Assembly (NCBI GenBank): GCA_903831305.1
Contig: CAIKXE010000007.1
Span: 1 to 39,360, forward strand
Source of the DNA: an uncultured bacterium
Lineage (GTDB): Bacteria > Patescibacteriota > Minisyncoccia > Phycocordibacterales > GWA1-40-21
Length of the DNA: 39,360 nucleotides
Reading direction: 5' to 3'
Made by a program: the position numbers and the translations under genes. The first letter of the stretch is position 1. Each line of letters begins with the position of its first letter. Below the pieces are notes generated by a model, which was not told where the DNA came from, ran no database searches, and saw nothing but the letters and a program-made list of their open reading frames with translations. Below are positions 1-6,858 of this stretch, in pieces.

Positions 1-29
1 TCCAGGCTCATCAATCCCTAGAACCGCAG

Positions 30-893
30 ATGCAAGAGGTATTAGATGAAAAGCTGAAGGATTTTGGCCCCGAGGCCGACAAATACCGCAAGAAAAGCGC
101 TGATATGAAGCACTTAACCGAGATTGACAAAAAGACCCAAGTCAATGAAACTCTGACTCGAGATGACCTCCTCTTCCTGTATGAAGTAAATGACCCTATT
201 GAAGGTTTTGGTTATGACACCGATCCCCGGATTAAAGAAATCCGCAGTAAAAGGAGCTATAACAATGACGCCTGTATTATTTTTAATTGTGAACTCTCTC
301 AAATCGCTATTGCCCCGGAAGAAATCAAACCTGACACCGTCGCCTATATCGGTCCTTGGGATCCAAAAGTTTTGCAAAAACTTCCGCCAACCACCAAATA
401 TATTTATGAATCCTTTCCAGACAAGAAAGTTTTCCGCAAAGAAATCACCCCCGATCCGGAAATCACTTCCGCTGAGACTGCGATTACTAAATTAGAAGCT
501 GAAGGACATAAAGTTTATGACTATGCTAAAGATATGCTCACCAAAGTAAATTGGCAAGAGACACTAAAATCGGCTTACGACGTCGTCTCTTTCTCGGTCG
601 GTGATCTATTTAACAATAGCCAAATTCACACTTACGCCGATATCAAAGCTAAGGCTCAAGAGCTGGGACTGGACTTAATCCCTCAAGCCCTAGTTCCAAC
701 TATCCGTCTAAATTATCCTAAAACTGGCGACTGGACCGTCATGGCTTTGAAGGAATCTATACGTGACCGCGATGGCAGCCTCAGGCTATTCTACTGCTAC
801 AGGAATGGTGCTGAATCCTGGCTCCGCAGCCACTACGGCCACGAGGACAGCAAGTGGAACTCCGACCATCGGTTCTTCTTTGTCCGCAAGTAA
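30..893 (+). CDS. DGR target (variable) protein. The frame stays open back to the window start, so the true N-terminus may lie upstream.
   Basis: 287-aa ORF. Its last ~45 codons (..IRDRDGSLRLFYCYRNGAESWLRSHYGHEDSKWNSDHRFFFVRK) form the VR copy of a TR found 430 nt downstream. The C-terminal ..RFFFVRK tail resembles the GFRxxR-type ending of C-type-lectin/FGE-fold DGR targets. There is no in-frame stop between nt 3 and the ATG at 30. Confidence 0.85.
   Translation: MQEVLDEKLKDFGPEADKYRKKSADMKHLTEIDKKTQVNETLTRDDLLFLYEVNDPIEGFGYDTDPRIKEIRSKRSYNNDACIIFNCELSQIAIAPEEIKPDTVAYIGPWDPKVLQKLPPTTKYIYESFPDKKVFRKEITPDPEITSAETAITKLEAEGHKVYDYAKDMLTKVNWQETLKSAYDVVSFSVGDLFNNSQIHTYADIKAKAQELGLDLIPQALVPTIRLNYPKTGDWTVMALKESIRDRDGSLRLFYCYRNGAESWLRSHYGHEDSKWNSDHRFFFVRK
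755..890 (+). repeat. DGR variable region (VR)
   Basis: 136-nt match to 1185-1320 at a constant offset of 430. The 15 mismatches are at VR 756, 758, 778, 792, 798, 825, 826, 829, 831, 834, 850, 854, 864, 867 and 890. Each corresponds to an A in the TR copy, and every non-A position is identical. Confidence 0.9.
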
Positions 894-1184
894 CTTAATT
901 CTTATTTCTTAAATTTTAACTCTATCCCTTAATTTCTTTTTCCTTTATTCTTAATCCGTGCTAAAATAGCTTGGAAAGTAGGCGAATACGCTGGCGATTA
1001 CGGTTTCCAGCTGCCGAAATTAGTATCCATATATCCAGAATATCCGCGATTAAGGTTTCGGGTAGCGTGGTATATGCAGATCTTCAAAAAATGAAGTTAC
1101 TTGGTTCGAAATCTGGGGCATTATGATGCCAAATAATATTCAACCCTGCGAGTATTCTAGGGGTGGTGGTAAAGATGGATTTCG

Positions 1185-1320
1185 AACAATACGTGACCGC
1201 GATGGCAACCTCAGGCTATTCAACTGCAACAGGAATGGTGCTGAATCCTGGCTCAACAACAACAACGGCCACGAGGACAACAAATGGAACTCCAACAATC
1301 GGTTCTTCTTTGTCCGCAAA
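1185..1320 (+). repeat. DGR template region (TR)
   Basis: Invariant copy of the VR. Read in the VR frame it carries 12 Asn codons (AAC/AAT), 10 of which are replaced in the VR (N to S, Y, Y, R, S, H, Y, S, D, H). It has no credible translation context of its own. Homology breaks at non-A mismatches on both sides (1184 and 1322). Confidence 0.9.
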
Positions 1321-1324
1321 TCAC

Positions 1325-1750
1325 TCATTTCTCTCCTGTTTTGTCAGGGGAGTTTTGTTTTAAGGTTTGTCCCAGCCATCCACCGAGGATTTTGCCGATT
1401 TCGTCAGTTTTTTCCGACAAAGCAATATATTTTTTATTATCCAGCGATTTGTTTTCCCAAAGAATAAGCAGAAAAATATTCAGAGTATTTATTTTTCGGA
1501 TAGCTAGGCGTATATAGGGTGTTTTTTCTTCCCGAGACAGAAAAATGGCGATAGAAACGGTTTCAATTGCATCAGTAAACAGACTATCCACTTTTTGACC
1601 GATAGTATTTCTGTGACATTTAGGCAAAATTCGGTAATACTCATACCATTGTTGATAGACTGTCTTTATTTTCTGAATAACTGACGGTAATTTGTTAGCT
1701 ATGATTGTTGCGGGGGGGGGGTGACTTATAGTTTTCTTTATTATGTCCAA
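1325..1750 (-). CDS. avd: DGR accessory variability determinant (Avd; four-helix-bundle / 23S rRNA IVS protein family)
   Basis: 141-aa helical, basic protein between TR and RT. The LPKCHRNTIGQKVD and C-terminal EIGKILGGWLGQTLKQ segments resemble Avd proteins as I recall them (not verified). The only in-frame start is TTG at 1748-1750. It is encoded on the strand opposite to VR, TR and RT. Confidence 0.75.
   Translation of the reverse strand: MDIIKKTISHPPPATIIANKLPSVIQKIKTVYQQWYEYYRILPKCHRNTIGQKVDSLFTDAIETVSIAIFLSREEKTPYIRLAIRKINTLNIFLLILWENKSLDNKKYIALSEKTDEIGKILGGWLGQTLKQNSPDKTGEK
1331..1361 (+). terminator. Hairpin plus T-tract immediately 3' of TR (terminator-like, or DGR RNA spacer structure)
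   Basis: ctctcctg (1331-1338) pairs with caggggag (1345-1352): 8 bp including one G-U, with a 6-nt loop. It is followed by ttttgtttt (1353-1361). It lies inside the 3' end of the antisense avd ORF. Confidence 0.4.
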
Positions 1751-2744
1751 AATCCAATTTATTCATAAGTACGAGGATATCATATCTGTGGAAAATCTCC
1801 TAGAGGGATGGAAAGAATTTTTACATGGGAAGAAGAAAAAAGCAGATGTTTTGATTTTTCAAAATAATCTGATGCAAAATATTTTCTTACTTTATCAAGA
1901 TTTGGAAACAAAAAATTATAAACACTCGGAATATCAAGTGTTTAATATTTTGGACCCTAAACCAAGAGTAATTCATAAAGCTAAAGTCAGAGACAGATTA
2001 TTACATCATGCGTTATATAGATATTTATATCCATTTTTTAATAAGACTTTTATTGCCGATTCTTTTTCCTGTCGATTAACCAAAGGGACGCATCGGGCGA
2101 TAGAAAGATTTAATAGCTACTATCTTAAGGCTTCCAAAAATAATACCAGGCAAGTTTGGGTTCTGAAATGTGATATTAGAAAGTTCTTTGATTCCATAAA
2201 TCATAAAACATTACTAAAAATATTAGGTTCATATATTGAAGACAAAGAGATTATAGGACTTTTGCAAATAATAATTGGCAGTTTTTACAAAAGAGAAAGT
2301 GGCGTGGGTTTGCCTTTAGGTAACTTAACTTCCCAACTTTTTGTAAATATTTATATGAATGTTTTTGATCAGTTTGTAAAACATATTTTGAAAGTAAAGT
2401 GCTATATCAGATATTCTGATGATTTCGTTATTGTATCAGATAATAAAGTGTGGTTAGAAGAGATTTTAGTAAAAATTAGCGTTTTTCTGGATGAAAAATT
2501 GAAGTTATCTTTACACCCAAATAAGGTGTCCATAAATACTTTTTCATCAGGCATTGATTTTCTCGGTTGGGTAAACTTTTCTGACCATAAAGTGCTTAGA
2601 ACAAAGACAAAAAAGAGAATGTTTAAAAGATTAAGAAAAAGTTCGAAAGAAGAAACCGTCAATTCATATTTAGGGATGTTAAGTCATGGAAATACTGAAA
2701 AGTTGAAAACGAAAGTTTTAAATTTTCTACAAAATAAGGGTTAA
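1743..2744 (+). CDS. DGR-type reverse transcriptase
   Basis: 333 aa with RT motifs: LKCDIRKFFDSI (A), GLPLGNLTSQLFVNIY (B, with the SQ signature typical of DGR RTs), YIRYSDDFVIV (C, YxDD) and GIDFLGW (E). There is no maturase or endonuclease extension. It sits beside the VR/TR pair. Confidence 0.9.
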   Translation: MSKIQFIHKYEDIISVENLLEGWKEFLHGKKKKADVLIFQNNLMQNIFLLYQDLETKNYKHSEYQVFNILDPKPRVIHKAKVRDRLLHHALYRYLYPFFNKTFIADSFSCRLTKGTHRAIERFNSYYLKASKNNTRQVWVLKCDIRKFFDSINHKTLLKILGSYIEDKEIIGLLQIIIGSFYKRESGVGLPLGNLTSQLFVNIYMNVFDQFVKHILKVKCYIRYSDDFVIVSDNKVWLEEILVKISVFLDEKLKLSLHPNKVSINTFSSGIDFLGWVNFSDHKVLRTKTKKRMFKRLRKSSKEETVNSYLGMLSHGNTEKLKTKVLNFLQNKG

Positions 2745-2784
2745 TTTGAATTTTAATTGTAAAATTTAGGGTATGTGTTAATAT

Positions 2785-2985
2785 ATGAGTATGAGAAAAG
2801 ATTGGTCAAAATTATACAAGAAATATAAGGGGATGTGGGTGGCTTTGGCATCTGACGAAATGACCGTTCTTGGTGTAGGAAAAACGGTAAAAGAGGCCAT
2901 TTCCAAATCAACTAAAAAGAGTAAAGAAACCCCAATTCTTACAAGAATACCAGAAAATCTGGTTTCCTATGTAGGCTCACTATGA
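2785..2985 (+). CDS. Small hypothetical protein, DUF5678-like (possible antitoxin-like partner of the downstream protease)
   Basis: 66 aa. The pattern KYKGMWVALASDEMTVLGVGKTVKEAISKS resembles DUF5678-type small proteins (recalled, not verified). Its stop overlaps the next start (ATGA at 2982-2985). Confidence 0.5.
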   Translation: MSMRKDWSKLYKKYKGMWVALASDEMTVLGVGKTVKEAISKSTKKSKETPILTRIPENLVSYVGSL

Positions 2986-3380
2986 AATTTGATTACAAAC
3001 GATATGATACAAACACGCTCAGACCGGTGATACCGGTAAAATTGAAGAATAGTGAGACTAGTATTGGCTATGAGGTCTTGGTAGATTCCGGTGCTGATTT
3101 GTGTATCTTTGATGCTGAAATAGGCGAAGCACTTGGCCTTGACATAAGAAAAGGTAAGGTAAAAACAGTTTTTGGTGTTGGCGGAAAATCATCAGTTTAT
3201 TATTTGCATAATATAGAAATTGAGGTTGGTGGCTGGTCCTATAAAATTGAAGCTGGTTTTATGCTTGATGTCGCTGGAAGGGTTATGCCATTTGGACTCG
3301 TTGGACAAAAAGGTTTCTTTAATAATTTTATTGTAAAGTTTGATTTACTTAAAGAAGAAGTAGAATTAAAGAATAGATAA
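2982..3380 (+). CDS. Retropepsin-like (clan AA) single-domain aspartyl protease
   Basis: 132 aa. VLVDSGADLCIF contains the D-S/T-G-A catalytic motif. The size fits a homodimeric retropepsin-type fold. It is translationally coupled to 2785-2985. Confidence 0.7.
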   Translation: MKFDYKRYDTNTLRPVIPVKLKNSETSIGYEVLVDSGADLCIFDAEIGEALGLDIRKGKVKTVFGVGGKSSVYYLHNIEIEVGGWSYKIEAGFMLDVAGRVMPFGLVGQKGFFNNFIVKFDLLKEEVELKNR

Positions 3381-3390
3381 CATAATAATA

Positions 3391-3418
3391 TTGTCTCTAG
3401 GTTTTTTTGTGCTATAAT
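3391..3418 (+). promoter_or_regulatory. Sigma70-type promoter for the riboswitch-metK transcript
   Basis: TTGTCT (3391-3396), 16-nt spacer, TGcTATAAT extended -10 (TATAAT at 3413-3418). Confidence 0.5.
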
Positions 3419-3436
3419 AAAATCACAATTCCATAT

Positions 3437-3579
3437 TTATCAAGAGAACGGGGAGAGAATCAGCTCGATAATCCGTTCAGCAACCTGTCAGTTGATAAGG
3501 TGCTCCATCTGACCCGAAAGGGGAGATAAGAGCGGTCGAACCGCATAGCTTGAATCCCCCCACCCGGAGGGAATTTTTT
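3437..3579 (+). promoter_or_regulatory. SAM-I (S-box) riboswitch with intrinsic terminator
   Basis: TTATCAAGAG..GGGGAGAGA..AGCTCGATAAT..CAGCAACC..AAGGTGC..GAGATAAGAG matches the S-box core, including the P1 pairing TTATC/GATAA. The terminator hairpin tcccccc/ggaggga (3555-3572) is followed by T6. It lies directly upstream of metK. Confidence 0.85.
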
Positions 3580-3613
3580 ATTAGAGTTATTAGGAAAGAT
3601 AAATAAAAAATAT

Positions 3614-4603
3614 ATGATAAAAACTGCTGAAGCTGTCTCTATGTCTCACCCTGACAAAATTTGTGATCAGATCTCGGATGCCGTTTTAGATGCTTGTTTG
3701 AAACAAGATCCCTATTCTCGGGTAGCTATAGAATCCATGGGTGGGCACGGTCTCATAACGGTGTGTGGGGAGCTCACCACTAAAGCGCGGGTGGATATTG
3801 CCCGGATTGCTCTGGAAACATATCGTGATTGTGGCTATCTGGAGCCGGTGAAAATCAAGGTCAATGTCAAAACACAAAGTCCTGAGATTGCTCATGGAGT
3901 GGATCAGGAAGGAGCGGGTGATCAGGGGATTATGGTGGGTTATGCTACTAGTGAAACACGCGAATTATTACCACTGGAGGTGATATTGTCCCGAAAGCTC
4001 GCTCGCGCCATGGGGGCACGTGATGGTAAATCACAAGTGACCGTAAAGGATGGCAAGGTGCTCTCCTTTATTACTTCGGTCTGTGGTAATGAGAAGGATT
4101 ATCAGAAAATTTATAAGGAAATAAATAAAGTCGTAAAGAAAGAAATCGTACCACGGCTGGCTAAAGGTGTCACTTTAGAAAAAGCGTGGCTAAAGAATCC
4201 GAATGGTTCTTGGACTATCGGTGGCTTTGTGGCGGATACTGGACTCACTGGTCGGAAACTGGTGGTGGATAATTATGGGCCAAACATCCCCTTGGGCGGT
4301 GGTTGTTTTTCTGGTAAAGATGCCACCAAGGTGGACCGGAGTGCCGCTTATATGGCTAGGCGGATTGCGGTGGATTATTTAAAAAAGTATAAGGCGAAAG
4401 AGGTGTTTGTGCACTTGGCTTACGCTATCGGGGTGGCTGAACCGCAGATGGCGGTGGCCACGATCGATGGTCGGCAGGAGAAAATAACGGATTATGATTT
4501 GCGTCCACGGGCCATCATCAAGCAGTTAAACTTGTTCAAACCACAGTATCGCGAGACGGCTAAATACGGTCATTTTGGTAACGGTTTTACTTGGGATAAA
4601 TAA
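3614..4603 (+). CDS. metK: S-adenosylmethionine synthetase (compact, 329 aa)
   Basis: Motifs SHPDKICDQISDAVLD, GAGDQGIMVGYA, GLTGRKLVVDNYG and GGGCFSGKDATKVDRSAAYMAR. Confidence 0.95.
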   Translation: MIKTAEAVSMSHPDKICDQISDAVLDACLKQDPYSRVAIESMGGHGLITVCGELTTKARVDIARIALETYRDCGYLEPVKIKVNVKTQSPEIAHGVDQEGAGDQGIMVGYATSETRELLPLEVILSRKLARAMGARDGKSQVTVKDGKVLSFITSVCGNEKDYQKIYKEINKVVKKEIVPRLAKGVTLEKAWLKNPNGSWTIGGFVADTGLTGRKLVVDNYGPNIPLGGGCFSGKDATKVDRSAAYMARRIAVDYLKKYKAKEVFVHLAYAIGVAEPQMAVATIDGRQEKITDYDLRPRAIIKQLNLFKPQYRETAKYGHFGNGFTWDK

Positions 4604-4611
4604 AATTCCTA

Positions 4612-6228
4612 TTAAAGGCGGTCTGAGTTAATTTCTGGCGAGACTGCTAAGTCAAAATCAATCAAATATAGGCGGGGAAGGCGGGCAAAGTCAGGCTCGC
4701 CTTTTTCATTGCGGTAAAAGCGAAGGCAAAAGTTTCCGTCATGAATATGGCCATGATCAAATCCGAGATTCAGTATTGTTTCGGTTATCATATTTCTGGT
4801 TTCAATTAGCTGTTCCATAAATATGTATGTTTTGGCTAGCCAGTCTTTCAAACTTATGTCTAAAACTCCGGTATAAGCATCAACCATGCCGTCAGTCGCT
4901 AGTTTGTAAGATATTATAGGTTCGATGGGCACATAATCAAAATCTTGTTTTTGCCAAAGTGAATAATTTTCAAATAGTTTTTGCCAGGCCGAAAATGCTT
5001 GTGGCGTAATGTGGCGTATTATAGCTTGATCTTTTAATTCACCACCAAGTAGGGTAGTCTCCGAACCAGATTTACTAAAGCCTTGTCTAGAAAAAGTTTC
5101 AGCACTAATATTTTTTTTCCGATACAGTGGTGGTTTTATCAACTCACGCCCCAGGCCTTTCTCGAAGGCAAGAGTAAATAAGGCACGTTTTTTATCATAA
5201 GGGGCGTAGTCAATCATTTCAGCAGCCAGCCGTTGTATTTCTTGGCTTGGGTTGTCCAAGTTTGTCCTGATTAAGGAATCCTTTTCATCTAGATGGGCGT
5301 ACTGAACCATTTGCAGAGATATCATCTGTGTTTTTAAATCTGAGCTATTCAAACCAAGTTTAATTAATTTCCCGATTTCAGATAAGGAAGCATATTCAAT
5401 CATCCTAGCTGCGAGTCTCTGTATTTCAATATCGGGATTTGTAAGACCAAGCCGAATATAGCTGGAGCGTTCATCCTGTTTCAGATATTGGCAAAGACTC
5501 AACCCTAATTTTTGCTCGTTTTGATCCAAACTGTTTAAACAACCCATTATCTTTTCTCTAGCAATTTTACTAAAGATCTCTTTGTCTCGGTTTGATAAAT
5601 ATTTGAGAATTCCTGGAGTAATATTTTGTTTTTCCGTCTCAAAGTTTTCTAAATCCAGCTTTATTTTATTAGCGATATTTTCTCTTAGTCCCAGTCTGTC
5701 TTCCTCCGGGGTATAGGCTATCATTTCAGCATATTTTTCCCATTTCTCGCGGTCAGCTGTTTCGAGCCCGGTCTTTATTTTTTCAGCTACCAATTTTCTT
5801 AATTCCATTCGTTCATCATCTGAGGCTAAAACTACCATTTGTGCCGCTATTACTTGCGTTTCAACGTGAGTACTCTCTAGTCCTTGTCTAGTTTTTTCAC
5901 TGACTATCTTTCTAAGCCCATCTCCATCTTCCTCGGGAGCAAAGCAAATCATTCCTGCGGTGATTTTTTGTACTTCTATATCGGTATTATCAAGGCTTGT
6001 TCTTATAAGCTCCGCTCTTTTTTCTGATGGGGTATTTTTAATGGTATTTATCAGAGAATAGGGAGAGTTTGCGATAAAACCATCCAGGTCCTGTTTTTTG
6101 TCAGCTTGATAACGATCAAAAGAGTGCTTGTTAACTGGGTCCTGACCAGGGATTTCATACATTTTTAAATAGTCGGGGAGTTCACCTTCAATATCAGTAA
6201 ACTCTTTTTTTGTCTCGGTATTTTCCAT
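4612..6228 (-). CDS. HEAT-like repeat protein with C-terminal atypical kinase-like domain
   Basis: 538 aa with about 8 tandem 31-39-aa helical repeats (e.g. PDIEIQRLAARMIEYASLSEIGKLIKLGLNS and PSQEIQRLAAEMIDYAPYDKKRALF). The C-terminus has FDHGHIHDGNFCL (HxDxxxxN-type catalytic loop) and LYLIDFDLA (DFG-equivalent). Confidence 0.55.
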   Translation of the reverse strand: MENTETKKEFTDIEGELPDYLKMYEIPGQDPVNKHSFDRYQADKKQDLDGFIANSPYSLINTIKNTPSEKRAELIRTSLDNTDIEVQKITAGMICFAPEEDGDGLRKIVSEKTRQGLESTHVETQVIAAQMVVLASDDERMELRKLVAEKIKTGLETADREKWEKYAEMIAYTPEEDRLGLRENIANKIKLDLENFETEKQNITPGILKYLSNRDKEIFSKIAREKIMGCLNSLDQNEQKLGLSLCQYLKQDERSSYIRLGLTNPDIEIQRLAARMIEYASLSEIGKLIKLGLNSSDLKTQMISLQMVQYAHLDEKDSLIRTNLDNPSQEIQRLAAEMIDYAPYDKKRALFTLAFEKGLGRELIKPPLYRKKNISAETFSRQGFSKSGSETTLLGGELKDQAIIRHITPQAFSAWQKLFENYSLWQKQDFDYVPIEPIISYKLATDGMVDAYTGVLDISLKDWLAKTYIFMEQLIETRNMITETILNLGFDHGHIHDGNFCLRFYRNEKGEPDFARLPRLYLIDFDLAVSPEINSDRL

Positions 6229-6316
6229 GTTTCTACTATTATAGCGGAAATATAGATTTAGCCAAACTGTTCTTATCTTTAGTAGCTTAATTTTACTTGG
6301 AGTTATCCACAGGGAA

Positions 6317-6382
6317 GTGGAAATTTGGTTTGTATTGTGGGATGAAGTGTTATAAAATAGTATCTAAGTGGGAGATCGTGGG
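6317..6382 (+). promoter_or_regulatory. mraZ promoter with GTGGG direct repeats (MraZ-box-like operator)
   Basis: TTGTAT (6330-6335), 17-nt spacer, TAAAAT (6353-6358). GTGGA at 6317-6321. GTGGG at 6337-6341, 6368-6372 and 6378-6382; the last two are 10 nt apart and just downstream of the -10. Confidence 0.55.
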
Positions 6383-6418
6383 AAATGGTAAAACAATCAC
6401 TTACTACTAAAAAATATT

Positions 6419-6853
6419 ATGTTAATTGGTGAATACATCCACACATTAGATGACAAGAAGAGACTCTCACTCCCCGTGAAGTTTAGAAAAGAGATGGGCA
6501 AGAAAATCGTCCTGACTTCTGGTTTGGATAATTGTCTTTTTATTTTTACGATGAGTCAGTGGAAAAATATTTCCGCTAAATTATCTGAGGCTAATATGCT
6601 TCGGGCGGATAATCGTAGTTTTAATCGTTACATGTTTGGTAGTGCCACGGAAGTAGAGGTGGACAGTCTGGGGAGGATGCTTGTGCCAGACTTTTTGGTG
6701 GAGCGGGCCAGTCTGAAAGGTAAGGTGGCGCTCATCGGCGTGCAGGACCGGGTAGAAATCTGGAATGAAGACGCGTGGAAGGCTTACAAGGGAGTAGTAG
6801 AAAAGGAGGCGGATCAGTTGGCAGAAAAGCTCGGTAATGCGGGTATGCTCTAA
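6419..6853 (+). CDS. mraZ: Transcriptional regulator MraZ
   Basis: 144 aa with two SpoVT/AbrB-like halves (LDDKKRLSLP and VDSLGRMLVP). First gene of the dcw cluster. Confidence 0.95.
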   Translation: MLIGEYIHTLDDKKRLSLPVKFRKEMGKKIVLTSGLDNCLFIFTMSQWKNISAKLSEANMLRADNRSFNRYMFGSATEVEVDSLGRMLVPDFLVERASLKGKVALIGVQDRVEIWNEDAWKAYKGVVEKEADQLAEKLGNAGML

Positions 6854-6858
6854 AGAAA

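Larger units (their letters stand above)
30..2744 (+). mobile_element. Diversity-generating retroelement cassette (target/VR - TR - avd(antisense) - RT)
   Basis: All four canonical components lie within 2.7 kb, and the VR/TR divergence is adenine-specific. Confidence 0.88.

Noticed and set aside
1123-1467. 114-aa ORF whose middle mimics the C-terminus of the 30-893 protein
   Set aside because: It is the DGR template region read in frame (Asn-rich: LNNNNG, SNN). It has no RBS and runs on into the antisense avd sequence, so I treat it as non-coding TR.
1743-2744. The RT might belong to a group II intron or a retron
   Set aside because: It has no maturase (X) or endonuclease extension, and I saw no domain V/VI-like RNA or msr/msd-type inverted repeats nearby. 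The VR/TR pair with A-only mismatches and an Avd-like gene point to a DGR.
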